Below, piece by piece: positions 48,684 through 60,125 of a stretch of DNA of 64,000 nucleotides (the first letter of the stretch is position 1; each line of letters starts with the position of its first letter). The notes below the pieces were generated by a model. The model was not told the DNA's origin and did not search any database. It saw only the letters and a program-made list of their open reading frames with translations. A program made the translations under genes and the position numbers. Where the stretch lies: positions 1 to 64,000 of the forward strand of contig JBDLRP010000024.1 of assembly GCA_039799905.1 (NCBI GenBank). The letters are read 5' to 3'. This DNA comes from Pseudomonadota bacterium. Lineage in GTDB: Bacteria > Bdellovibrionota_B > Oligoflexia > Silvanigrellales > Silvanigrellaceae.

Positions 48684-50821
48684 GACAGCGGTCCTCCCGT
48701 CGAAATGATTTTTTCTTCAAATTCTGAGTTACGCGGATCAATTTGTTTCTCAACGATGGTCTTCTGCACAATCGCACTGCAAATTAGCGTTTGCAGTGCC
48801 GACATCCTGTGCGTGCGCAGGTATTTTTCCTGCGCACTGGCGCCAACTGACAGCGGATTTTTGGATTCCAGCAGCAGAGCGCGTGCCGATGCGGACGTCG
48901 CGCCGTCCAAGCCCATTTTTCCGAGCTGTGTCTCAGCGGAAAAATCTTTGAACAATGATTCAAAGTTTAGAAACGGAGCGTTGAATTGTTTTTTAGGTGT
49001 CATGATGAAGCGGTTGGGCAGAACCCGAGCATAGGCTTTCCTAAGCACTGCCTTGTCGAGAAATCCCTGCACCAAAGCAACATCAGGCAGTCCTGCAGTG
49101 AGGCGCCGCATTTTTCCTGAAAGAAACGGAGTGCGGCCTTCGAGAGTATTTGCCATTTCCATCCGGTCGCCCACCCAATTGAGAATCTGCACAGGCAGGT
49201 GGGTCTGACAAAAGTAGTTTTGCCAGAGCAGCAGCGCGTTCTCTGGAGACTGTAAAAATTCATCCTGATTGGCGCCGTAGTCGATGCCGTGCAAAAACCA
49301 GCTGCGAATACTTTCTGTTTGTGATGCCAACCACAGGGCGGCTTCCGATGGTCCAAGAATGGCTTCGCAGATGGCAGAGACTTGTCCGAACAGCGGATGA
49401 GGAACCTGCCATTTTGCGAGACTCTGCACAAAGTCATCGCCCCGTCCTTCGGCACTGCTGCCTGCAAGCCAGGGATCACTCGCCTGTGCAGCAAATTTTT
49501 TTATGTAAACGGAGTCGCGCCAGCGCTGTCCAAGTGCAAGATCTGATTTTCGCGAACGCTGACTGAAGGCCCACCAAGCGCAGTATCGGAAGCTCGGATA
49601 TCCGCACAACAACTCGTCTGCGCCATCGCCGGTCAGAACTCCAGGCACATACCGTCGTGCAAACAAACTCAGCCACCACTTGGCAGCACCATTGGTGAAC
49701 GGCTGAAGATTCTCCGAGATGTAAACAGCGTGCGGATAGGAATAGCGCAATGCCTCCTCACTGAGACGCAGGACGTGCGGAGTGAAACCAAGATGTCGGC
49801 TGAATGCAACCGCCTCGTCGGATTCATCGTAGCCTTGGGTTTCGAAGCCGACCGTAAAGGATTTCAATGATCCCTTCAGCCAGTCCGAGGATTTTCTCTG
49901 CAGCGCACTGGCGAGCTCGAATGCAACGGTTTTTGAGTCGATTCCGCCACTCTGATAGACGCCCAATTCGACGTCCGAAAGAAGCCTTTCTTCAACAGAT
50001 GTGCCAAGGGCTTCTCTGAATTGTTCCAGCCTTCGCTCACAGTCGCCGTCCGACCAAAATGCTCCCTTGCCGGCATCGCGCACTGGCTGCGACCGGGTTG
50101 TCACCTGAATGGAGTAGACTGGATCTTGGGACTGTTTGCGTCCGCGGACGCGTCCGCCGGCAGGGCACTGGATAATCCCTTCAAATGGGGTGCAGATGGG
50201 TTCGAACAGGCCGGTGAATTGTCGGAGTGACCCGTCTCGGTTCCAGATTTTTTCACCCGGCAGGGCCTTCATCTCGCTCGCAAATGCAACCAGCTGGCAG
50301 TCGAGCCTGTAAGCTTTTCTCGCGCTTGAAAACATCCGCGTATTGATGTCTGAAAATTGGAAAAATAAAGGTTTCACGCCAAAAAAATCACGTGCGGCAA
50401 AGAAGCTGCTGCCATCTGTCTTGACGATGACGAAAGCGAATTCTCCTTCAAGCTCATCAGCAAATGTGTCGCCCGACAGCAACCACCCTTGCAATATGGT
50501 TTCCGTGTCGCTTTGCGTGCGCCACGCTTGCGAGCCATATTTTCCTTCAAGTTTGCGTCGCAGCTCGTGGTGATTGTAGATTTCGCCATTGAAGGTGATT
50601 GCAAACGAGCCGTCGTTGCTGAGCATCGGTTGCCGGCCCGATTGCAGATCTTGAAATGCAAGCCTGAAGTGATTGAGTGAGACCGCGTCGAAGTTCAGGA
50701 GTCTGGCATCGTCGCTTCCACGGTGTGCGATACGTCCGGACTGTTGCACGAAATCATCTTTCCACGCCGATGCTCTCGGGTGTTGATGATTGGCCGTCAG
50801 CAGTCCTGAGAAACCGCACAT
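48680..50821 (-). CDS. asnB: Asparagine synthetase B-like glutamine amidotransferase
   Basis: N-terminal MCG, HRG, RQPM, FNGEIYNH, SDTE, RDFFGVKPL, SGGIDS, GDGADE, DRMEMA, LEGRTPFL. Confidence 0.88.
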   Translation of the reverse strand: MCGFSGLLTANHQHPRASAWKDDFVQQSGRIAHRGSDDARLLNFDAVSLNHFRLAFQDLQSGRQPMLSNDGSFAITFNGEIYNHHELRRKLEGKYGSQAWRTQSDTETILQGWLLSGDTFADELEGEFAFVIVKTDGSSFFAARDFFGVKPLFFQFSDINTRMFSSARKAYRLDCQLVAFASEMKALPGEKIWNRDGSLRQFTGLFEPICTPFEGIIQCPAGGRVRGRKQSQDPVYSIQVTTRSQPVRDAGKGAFWSDGDCERRLEQFREALGTSVEERLLSDVELGVYQSGGIDSKTVAFELASALQRKSSDWLKGSLKSFTVGFETQGYDESDEAVAFSRHLGFTPHVLRLSEEALRYSYPHAVYISENLQPFTNGAAKWWLSLFARRYVPGVLTGDGADELLCGYPSFRYCAWWAFSQRSRKSDLALGQRWRDSVYIKKFAAQASDPWLAGSSAEGRGDDFVQSLAKWQVPHPLFGQVSAICEAILGPSEAALWLASQTESIRSWFLHGIDYGANQDEFLQSPENALLLWQNYFCQTHLPVQILNWVGDRMEMANTLEGRTPFLSGKMRRLTAGLPDVALVQGFLDKAVLRKAYARVLPNRFIMTPKKQFNAPFLNFESLFKDFSAETQLGKMGLDGATSASARALLLESKNPLSVGASAQEKYLRTHRMSALQTLICSAIVQKTIVEKQIDPRNSEFEEKIISTGGPLS

Positions 50822-50835
50822 CGCCGTGGTTTCTT

Positions 50836-52626
50836 TCAGCTTGGTTGGTTCGGGCCGAATCCGCCGCCGCGCGTGAGAGCTTGCGTCCCTGCGCTGGAGG
50901 TCGAGTTCGCCGGTTGTGGAATACGTGCCCGGGCCGGTTGCCGTGAGCTGTCGCGCGCCGCGCGGATCATCAGATTGAGAGTCCTTGAGATTGAGTTTTG
51001 TCCGTAGTGTTCACTTTGCACACCATGGTTCGACAGTTCTAGCAGAAATTCGTGTTCACGCAGCGATTCTCCGCCGCTGCGCGCGTTGATCTTGGCACGC
51101 GTCAGCGCGAGTTGAAGCAGCTGTTCTTCGTGCGGACTTGCCACACCAAGAGCTTTTAGAGCTGCGAGTGTTTCGGGACGGCTGGCAAAGAAAGGCGATT
51201 TTTTACGCAGTGCCCTGACGAGAAATTCAACATACTCGACATGGTGTTTGGAAGTCTGAAATTGCGGAGTGAGACTTTCCACATAAAGTTTTTCGAACAG
51301 CTGAAGGGCAAAGTCGTGCAGCCAGAAATTGGGCGCCATCAGAAAGATATGCGCGGCAAAACGGCTTGAGTTTGTGACAACCCAATTTGGCGGCTCGCGC
51401 AGATCCTCTTCCCATTTCTGCGAGGTGAGCGTACGCAGCCACTGCCATTGCGAACGTGTGATGATTCGTGTCTCGGCAGGGTGCACTGGCAGCTGCAATG
51501 CCCAAGGAGTGAACTGACGCGTGAAAATCTGTTGGTTCTGCTCGACGGCCGGCAGCAGGCTGAGAAAGAACTGGTTCACAATGGCATTGGCTTTGTTCAG
51601 TACAGAGGGGGCCGCGGTCTGGTTTTGAAATTCGACCTGGACCTGACTGAAATCACGCTGCAGTGAGCGCACAAGACCCTTGACGATCGACATGTCGGAC
51701 GCTTTTTGGGTCATGATCCGGCGCATGAGCTGCAGTACCCCTTGCTCGGCCGCCGGATTCAGCACTGCTTCACGGAATAGTCCGTCGAAAAACCATTCTG
51801 CAAAGAAGCTGAGCTGGAACGAAGACATTGCTCCGTCGTCGAGGAAAGACAGGCAAGCATCGGCATTTTGCAGTTTCCACAGATGGCCGCCGAACTGGGA
51901 GGATAGTTTGAATGCCGAGACTCCCTTCAGTGCAAGAGTGTGGTCGGCCGTCGAAGAGATCTCTTGAATAATCTGGTCGGGTGTTGTTGCTCTGCCTCCG
52001 CCGGCGCCGACGCCTGAAAGTGCTGCGGTAATTCGCGACACAGGAGCAAGCAGTAATTCTTTCAATTTGTTCAGTTGATCCGAGGCTGAAAACAGCCTGA
52101 CAAGCGACGGATCCTGCGTTTTGACAACGTTGATAAGGCGCAGGCGGTCGGCGTGGTTGATGTCGCTGCTGTCCTGTTCAATCAGTTTATATACTTGTGC
52201 TGAGAATCCTTCGGTTGCCATGAGGTACTGACGGCGAAGCAAAGCATCCGAATGATTGAGATAGACCTGCGCCCTGCGCAGCAGATAGGCGAGTCCGCCC
52301 AGGGCTGCCTTGCTCGAGAGTGATTCTGGAAATTGCGAATGTGTTGCGATGAAGAAGAGCAGGTCGGCGCAATCACCGATACTTGTGGCCGAGGTCACAA
52401 CTTCAATAATGCCGTTGCAAGTGGCTGTGTTAAGTGAATCCGCGAGGATTCCATTCTCGGTCACCTGGGCACGGACCACATCGGCAATCGTTTGGGGGCT
52501 GACTTTGCGCTCCACAAAGCTCATCAGCAGTGTTGATACAACTTGTTCCGTCGTGGGTTGATGTCCAGCGCTGCTTGCTGCTGAGAACTTGGGCATTTCG
52601 AATTTATCTCGGCTCATCATAATCAC
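50836..52626 (-). CDS. Hypothetical alpha-helical protein
   Basis: 596-aa ORF ending 14 bp before asnB; GAGG RBS; no recognised motif. Confidence 0.7.
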   Translation of the reverse strand: MIMMSRDKFEMPKFSAASSAGHQPTTEQVVSTLLMSFVERKVSPQTIADVVRAQVTENGILADSLNTATCNGIIEVVTSATSIGDCADLLFFIATHSQFPESLSSKAALGGLAYLLRRAQVYLNHSDALLRRQYLMATEGFSAQVYKLIEQDSSDINHADRLRLINVVKTQDPSLVRLFSASDQLNKLKELLLAPVSRITAALSGVGAGGGRATTPDQIIQEISSTADHTLALKGVSAFKLSSQFGGHLWKLQNADACLSFLDDGAMSSFQLSFFAEWFFDGLFREAVLNPAAEQGVLQLMRRIMTQKASDMSIVKGLVRSLQRDFSQVQVEFQNQTAAPSVLNKANAIVNQFFLSLLPAVEQNQQIFTRQFTPWALQLPVHPAETRIITRSQWQWLRTLTSQKWEEDLREPPNWVVTNSSRFAAHIFLMAPNFWLHDFALQLFEKLYVESLTPQFQTSKHHVEYVEFLVRALRKKSPFFASRPETLAALKALGVASPHEEQLLQLALTRAKINARSGGESLREHEFLLELSNHGVQSEHYGQNSISRTLNLMIRAARDSSRQPARARIPQPANSTSSAGTQALTRGGGFGPNQPS

Positions 52627-52712
52627 CTCTCAAGCAGGGTCTGTCTTCAGCTTAACAGCGCTCGGAGTAAGCACACGGGCAAGAATTTCCCTTAGAAGCA
52701 GAATTGGGTTAA

Positions 52713-54410
<1,698 letters not shown>

Positions 54411-54413
54411 AGG

Positions 54414-55016
54414 TTATTTCGGATTACTCAGAACGTAACTGATTCCAAACGGGAAAAACCAAGCTCCGCGCTTGATGTTGCCTGAGTATCCAAGTCCGAA
54501 ATTCAAAAAAACATTCTCGCCTACCTCAGCGCCCGCGCGGATTAGCAAATAAGGCGGCTGGTAGATTTTGATGAGCGGGCTCATCGGCAGAGCAAGCCCG
54601 CCGCCGGCGCTGACGCGGATGCAAGCCTCTTTGGAGGTTGCTGTCGTTGCGAAGATATCTCGTTCGATGCCCAACATTGCCAGTTTCGGATAATAGTAGG
54701 TTTGTGTCGGAGCATTTTTTCGTTTCACTTCTTCATCCCGCAGAGGGAGTGTGAAAATCGCCGTTGCGCGCAATTCGCTGCGCAATTCCCGTGCGAGAAA
54801 GAGTGATATTCCCGAAGCCGGCAGCGGCTGGACGGCCGACTCGTTGTCGGCGAACAAGTAACGCATGTATTCCTGTGAATATATGACCATGTTCGCCAGT
54901 GCGATTTCACTGTCCATTGCGACTTTTTCTGTTTCGTCCTGAACCGCAGGGCAGACCGCTGCAGCCGTCGCACTTGTGAAACACGCCAATAATGCAATCA
55001 GTTTCATAGCATTCAC
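54414..55016 (-). CDS. Hypothetical exported protein, possible small beta-barrel
   Basis: Signal peptide MKLIALLACFTSATAAA; beta-strand pattern ending FGISYVL. Confidence 0.6.
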   Translation of the reverse strand: MNAMKLIALLACFTSATAAAVCPAVQDETEKVAMDSEIALANMVIYSQEYMRYLFADNESAVQPLPASGISLFLARELRSELRATAIFTLPLRDEEVKRKNAPTQTYYYPKLAMLGIERDIFATTATSKEACIRVSAGGGLALPMSPLIKIYQPPYLLIRAGAEVGENVFLNFGLGYSGNIKRGAWFFPFGISYVLSNPK

Positions 55017-55616
55017 TTAGTTTGGAGTTGCGGATGCACTCTGGACTCTAGGCGAACTGTCTTCGATCTGTGCTTCGTAGCCAAAATAACTGAGCTTCAC
55101 TGCCTTCCAGGTCGGCACTCCGCCAGCGGCCACCTTTTGCAGTGACAAACTGAGCCCACGGCCCAGCTCTGGATTGCCGGCCGAGAAGACGACAATTGTC
55201 GGGTCAGTCGCTGAGTCTGCTGGCTGCAGTGTGCTTTTCAGCTGCAGGTTTTTGTCGGGTTTGAGTGTCTTGCTTTCTCCTCTGGCCTCGACAAGTCCGC
55301 CGTCGCTGTCGATTGCCGAGTTCCAAACGCCCGCACGCTGATCGTCGCTGAATTGAACGTCTGCGTTCATGTAGATCGGGTAGTTTTTCCCAGACGAGCC
55401 AATAAAGATAAATGAGTATTTAACCTGAAATTGTTTCAGAGGAGGTAATCCGGCCTGCAGTTCGCGGACTGCCGATTTCTTTGCCACTTTTGTGCACGAG
55501 GCGCTCGCCCCAGCCAAAAAAAGACCCACCAAACAGAACGCAAGGCGACCCGCAATCCTCGGCCAGCATCTGGCGTATAGTCCGCCAGCACGGGAATTTG
55601 AACTCTTGTTGTTCAT
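55017..55616 (-). CDS. Hypothetical lipoprotein
   Basis: GGAGG RBS; hydrophobic segment with ASAS-C. Confidence 0.6.
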   Translation of the reverse strand: MNNKSSNSRAGGLYARCWPRIAGRLAFCLVGLFLAGASASCTKVAKKSAVRELQAGLPPLKQFQVKYSFIFIGSSGKNYPIYMNADVQFSDDQRAGVWNSAIDSDGGLVEARGESKTLKPDKNLQLKSTLQPADSATDPTIVVFSAGNPELGRGLSLSLQKVAAGGVPTWKAVKLSYFGYEAQIEDSSPRVQSASATPN

Positions 55617-55709
55617 CCGACTTGCCTCCGACCGCTCCTCGCACCTATGGTCATAGGGTCCTGGAGAGAATGGCATAAGCCGCAACCCGATTGGAGTTTG
55701 GAGTCAAAA

Positions 55710-56999
55710 ATGGTGACGAATCGCGACAGGTCTGCCGAGCTGATGGCGCGCAGCCGGAAAATTTTTCCCGGCGGAGTGAATTCACCCGTTCGTTCCTTCC
55801 GCAGCGTCGGAGGAGATCCGGTGGTTTTTTCGCACGGTCAGGGCAAACATCTAACCGACGTCGACGGCAATACCTACATCGACTTCTGCGGTTCGTGGGG
55901 GCCGCTGATTCTGGGTTATTCGCATCCGAAAGTGATTGAGGCGGTGCAAAAACAATCTGCACGCGCATTGACCTTCGGAGCGCCCAGCGCAGAGGAAGTA
56001 TTGCTCGCCGAGAAAATTCAGAGTTGGATGCCCGGCCTCGAGATGATGCGTTTTGTGAGCAGCGGCACGGAAGCAACGATGAGTGCGATTCGCGTCGCAC
56101 GGGCTGCAACTGGACGAAACAAGTTCGTCAAATTTGAAGGTTGTTATCATGGCCATGCCGACTGTCTGCTGGTGAAGGCCGGTAGTGGTTTGGCCACACT
56201 CGGGCAGGCGAGTTCGGCGGGTGTGCCGGAAGGGTGCGTGCAGGATACCATCACCGGAGTTTACAATTCACACGAAGGCATTGAGCAGATTTTTGCGGAG
56301 TGGGGCCAAGATATCGCAGCGGTTATTGTAGAGCCCATGGCGGCGAACATGGGTCTTGTTCTCCCCAAAAATGACTTTCTCGGCACTCTCCGCAAGCTTT
56401 GCAGCAAACATGGCAGCGTCCTGATCTTTGATGAAGTTATGACGGGTTTCCGTGTCGCGCGCGGCGGATCCGCGGAGGCATTCAACGTTCAGCCGGATCT
56501 TTGGACGTTTGGAAAAATCGTCGGCGGGGGTCTTCCCGCAGCTGCCTATGGTGGCAAAAAAAGCGTCATGGAACACGTTGCTCCGCTGGGCCGTGCTTAT
56601 CAGGCCGGAACTTTGAGCGGCAATCCGCTCGCAATGGCTGCGGGCCTCGCAACGCTCACTGAGATGGAACGGCAGAATGCATTTGCCAAACTGGAAGAAT
56701 CGGGACGCGTGTTGGATGATGCCGTCAACCGACTTCTTGCGCCGGCAATGAAGTCCGGCAAGCTTGCGTATGTGCGCAAAGCATCATTTTTCTGTTTTTT
56801 CTTTGGTACTGCGCGCCCGCCCGAGAACTTCAATGAAGTGGCCGCATGCGACATGAATATGTTCAACAAAGTATATCATGAGTGGCTCAATGCCGGCATC
56901 TACATGGGGCCGAGCGGATACGAGGTCGGATTTTTGAGCACTGAACACACAGCGCAGGACATCGAGAGGTTGGTGCGTGTCGTTGCAGAGCAAGCCTGA
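55710..56999 (+). CDS. hemL: Glutamate-1-semialdehyde 2,1-aminomutase
   Basis: PGGVNSPVR, SWGPLILG, SGTEATMSA, YHGH, FDEVMTGFR, GKIVGGGLP, YQAGTLSGNP. Confidence 0.97.
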   Translation: MVTNRDRSAELMARSRKIFPGGVNSPVRSFRSVGGDPVVFSHGQGKHLTDVDGNTYIDFCGSWGPLILGYSHPKVIEAVQKQSARALTFGAPSAEEVLLAEKIQSWMPGLEMMRFVSSGTEATMSAIRVARAATGRNKFVKFEGCYHGHADCLLVKAGSGLATLGQASSAGVPEGCVQDTITGVYNSHEGIEQIFAEWGQDIAAVIVEPMAANMGLVLPKNDFLGTLRKLCSKHGSVLIFDEVMTGFRVARGGSAEAFNVQPDLWTFGKIVGGGLPAAAYGGKKSVMEHVAPLGRAYQAGTLSGNPLAMAAGLATLTEMERQNAFAKLEESGRVLDDAVNRLLAPAMKSGKLAYVRKASFFCFFFGTARPPENFNEVAACDMNMFNKVYHEWLNAGIYMGPSGYEVGFLSTEHTAQDIERLVRVVAEQA

Positions 57000-57576
57000 A
57001 AATTTGGAAAATTCTATTGCCGGCCTGCTGAAGATCCGCACGGTTGTGCAACGCGGTGTCAACGCGGAAGTCTGCATCGACGGAGTTTCGCGCGGACTGT
57101 TGCAGTCGGGGTTGGTTTTGCTGGTCGGCTTTTCTCAAGAGGGTGACGCTCTGCCGCCAGAAACCGCCGAGAGGGTCGAGTCGGCCACAGCCAAGGAGCG
57201 TGCTGAATTATTGCAGCCGCTGTTCCAAAAATGGTGGGACAAACTCGCGCAGCTGAGGATCTTTCCCGACGATCAGGGACGCATGAATTTTTCACTCTTG
57301 CAGCAGCCCCAGCAGTGCGGTGTGTACCTTGTCAGTCAGTTCACTTTGTTTGCAGATCTGCGCAAGGGCAACCGCCCCGGATTCAGTGCGGCATTGTCTG
57401 CACCTGTCGCTAAGTATTGTTTTGCCCAGCTGATCGAATTCGTCACCGCACAAGCTGCTGGTCGTCCTGTTTTTTCGGGTGTGTTTGCCGCGGACATGAA
57501 GGTCACACTCACCAACGATGGTCCGGTGACTCTGCTGTTCGACTGCTCTTTGAACAAGGGGATTGTGGCGTTGTGA
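56977..57576 (+). CDS. dtd: D-aminoacyl-tRNA deacylase
   Basis: RTVVQR, LRIFPD..GRMN, VSQFTL, GNRPGF, NDGPVT. Start uncertain. Confidence 0.9.
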   Translation: MSLQSKPENLENSIAGLLKIRTVVQRGVNAEVCIDGVSRGLLQSGLVLLVGFSQEGDALPPETAERVESATAKERAELLQPLFQKWWDKLAQLRIFPDDQGRMNFSLLQQPQQCGVYLVSQFTLFADLRKGNRPGFSAALSAPVAKYCFAQLIEFVTAQAAGRPVFSGVFAADMKVTLTNDGPVTLLFDCSLNKGIVAL

Positions 57577-59081
57577 TGGCAAAATTGCCGAGAGTGGTTA
57601 AAAGCTTGTCCGGCCGCGGACTACGGTTCCTCGGCACATTGCGTCGTATGTCTGAAAATTCGCGTCTTCTGCTGCGCCTTCTGCTGCCTTTCTCGGTTCA
57701 TCTGCGATTGTGGATTCTGTTCGTTCTGCTGCTTGTGCTGCAGTCAGTTCTGCTTCCGTATATGTCGGCTTTGCTGCTGCTGAGTTTGTGTTCAGTGATC
57801 GGGTTTATGATTTTGGTCAGGCTGGTTGACCAACCTTTGCGCGCACTTCAGCAACTCACCCGTCAGGGCGGCTTCGATCTCACCGGCAGCGTGGCCCCAG
57901 TTTCAGGCCACGACGAATATTCGCGCCTTGCGCGCGCCATCCAAGGCATGGGCCGGAGGATGAACACATCGATTCAAGAAGCGCGCGAACAGAACAGTCG
58001 CATCGACGAAATATTTAATGCCATCGGCGAGGGGGTCGTCCTGTGCACGATGGAGGGAAAGATCCTCAAGATCAACCACACAGTGCGACGCTGGCTTGAA
58101 TACTACAGCGATCCGACCGGCCGTGATTTCATCGACGTGGTCCGCAGTGTCGAACTCAACGACAGATTTCTTGCTTTTTTGCAGCGCTGCAGGAGTGAAA
58201 AGACTCTCGGCGGTGTTGAGCCGGAAGTAGTCGAGTCCATCCATCTTGATGGTCCCGAGGCACGCCGCGTACGTGCAAAAATGGTTCCGGTGCAATCGGG
58301 CAACCAGCATCCTGTGTGCTTCATCTTTCTTTTCGATTTGAGCGATTTGCATCGCCTTGAGCAGTTCCGCCGAGAGTTTTTTGCAAACGTCAGTCATGAA
58401 CTCAAGACCCCGATCTCTTCGATTCGCGGATATGCAGAGCTGCTTCAGGATCAATTTGCGAATTTGTCGCCCGACATGGCCCAACAATTTCTCAACGTCA
58501 TCATGCGCAACTCTGAACAGGTCTCCAATCTGCTGCAGGACATGATTCTTCTGTCGAATCTTGAAAATGGACAAATTCCGCTGACGCTCCAGCCCTACGA
58601 CATCCGCGCGTCACTCGCCCGTGTTCGGGAAACGCTCGCACCCAAGGCCCGTGAGGCCGGTGTCAGTGTCGTTGTCGACGTTCCTGCAAACATCTCTGAA
58701 TTGTATGTCGACGGCCAGCGATTTGATTCTGTGCTTCTGAATCTCGTCGACAACGGCATTAAGTACAATCGTCGCGACGGCTACGTAAAAGTTTCTGTCC
58801 GTCAGACGGATGATGAATGGCTGATTTATGTTGAAGACTCAGGTCTGGGAATTCCACATTCGGCCCAGTTGCGTGCGTTTGAACGTTTTTATCGGGTAGA
58901 CAAAAGTCATGCTCGGCTGGGTGGTGGCTCCGGCCTTGGACTGGCCATTGTCAAACATGTCATTCAGGCGCACGGCGGACAAATCACACTGCGCAGTGAA
59001 CCGGGAACAGGAACTGTGTTCACGGTTACAATTCCACGTCAACGGACACAGGGGCGCATTGCAGCTTATACCCCATTTTAA
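57576..59081 (+). CDS. PhoR-like sensor histidine kinase (TM-HAMP-PAS-HisKA-HATPase)
   Basis: RREFFANVSHELKTP, NLVDNGIKY, FERFYRVDKS, GGSGLGLAIVKH; TGATG coupling to dtd. Confidence 0.88.
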   Translation: MAKLPRVVKSLSGRGLRFLGTLRRMSENSRLLLRLLLPFSVHLRLWILFVLLLVLQSVLLPYMSALLLLSLCSVIGFMILVRLVDQPLRALQQLTRQGGFDLTGSVAPVSGHDEYSRLARAIQGMGRRMNTSIQEAREQNSRIDEIFNAIGEGVVLCTMEGKILKINHTVRRWLEYYSDPTGRDFIDVVRSVELNDRFLAFLQRCRSEKTLGGVEPEVVESIHLDGPEARRVRAKMVPVQSGNQHPVCFIFLFDLSDLHRLEQFRREFFANVSHELKTPISSIRGYAELLQDQFANLSPDMAQQFLNVIMRNSEQVSNLLQDMILLSNLENGQIPLTLQPYDIRASLARVRETLAPKAREAGVSVVVDVPANISELYVDGQRFDSVLLNLVDNGIKYNRRDGYVKVSVRQTDDEWLIYVEDSGLGIPHSAQLRAFERFYRVDKSHARLGGGSGLGLAIVKHVIQAHGGQITLRSEPGTGTVFTVTIPRQRTQGRIAAYTPF

Positions 59082-59095
59082 AATTCACATGCCGC

Positions 59096-60004
59096 TCAGT
59101 TGTTCTTCCACTCGGCCGAGGTGGCTCCCATTCCGCTCGTGTTGCACATTTGCTTGAGCGAATCGCGCGCGGTTGTGAGTTTTTCGAGAGTCTTGTTGAG
59201 CTCATCCTGAATGGGAACGATCTCACCCTCAAGTTGTTTGATGTCTAGTTCGATTTGTTTAGACTGATTCTGTAGGCCAGCCAGAGCCTCTTTCGCCTGT
59301 TCAATCAGCTGCAGCTTTTCGCCTGTGGCCAGCTCCTGTCCAAGCTGGAGAATATTTAGGAATTGCTGTTGCTGCGTGATTTGCTTTTGAACACTTCGGA
59401 AAAGCTCATTCTTGCTTGAAATTGCATTATTCTTGTTGTCGATTGTCGCTTTAATATAACTTGCCTGCGCAAGTACGGGCATATCTTTCCAAAGAAGCCT
59501 CTGTTCACTCTGCAGCGAGAGCATTCCTGAACTCGCGCTCCGAGCGACGGTCACTGCGCAATGTCCGTCGCGGATAATTTCCGGAATCGCTGCGCATGGC
59601 GACGGTTTGAGTTCGAGGCCGAGTGTCTTTGGACTGAACGGATTGATCACACCTGCGGGCACTTGAGCCTGCGCGAGCGCCATGCCGTCGGTAAGGCTTT
59701 CAACATCGGCCAACGGGGCCTGCGAGCGGCTGACGAAGTCCTGACAAAAGACCGCTTCTCCTGCCACCGAGCTCAACGAGTAGCGGAACAGGGTTTCTGT
59801 GACGCCGCCCCCTGATGGAAGCTGCGGGTTCTGGCTTGCGGCTGTCGGTGTTGCCTGCGGTGCAGCTGCCGGCTGTGGGCCTTGCCCACCTCCTTTTTTC
59901 GTGCACGCAACTAAAGATAGAGCCAGTGCGAGCACAGCTCCGGAATAAAGGCTCAATGCCGGAAAAAAAGATGAAAGTAAAAAGCGCCGTCGGTTTTCCA
60001 TCAT
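59096..60004 (-). CDS. Hypothetical lipoprotein with C-terminal coiled coil
   Basis: LVA-C lipobox; heptad-rich C-terminal half. Confidence 0.65.
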   Translation of the reverse strand: MMENRRRFLLSSFFPALSLYSGAVLALALSLVACTKKGGGQGPQPAAAPQATPTAASQNPQLPSGGGVTETLFRYSLSSVAGEAVFCQDFVSRSQAPLADVESLTDGMALAQAQVPAGVINPFSPKTLGLELKPSPCAAIPEIIRDGHCAVTVARSASSGMLSLQSEQRLLWKDMPVLAQASYIKATIDNKNNAISSKNELFRSVQKQITQQQQFLNILQLGQELATGEKLQLIEQAKEALAGLQNQSKQIELDIKQLEGEIVPIQDELNKTLEKLTTARDSLKQMCNTSGMGATSAEWKNN

Positions 60005-60125
60005 AGTCGTATCTCCGCACACAGACTTTTCTGCTTCGGACCAGAATAAAAAAAATTGAGTCAATTTTCGTAATGTTCTTTCCGATACAAAAGACGATGT
60101 TGCAAAACGCAGGTGAGGGTCTCGC

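Noticed and set aside
48680..50821. Lasso peptide cyclase / RiPP cluster
   Set aside because: The glutaminase domain with N-terminal Cys is intact, and there is no B1/B2 protein or precursor nearby.
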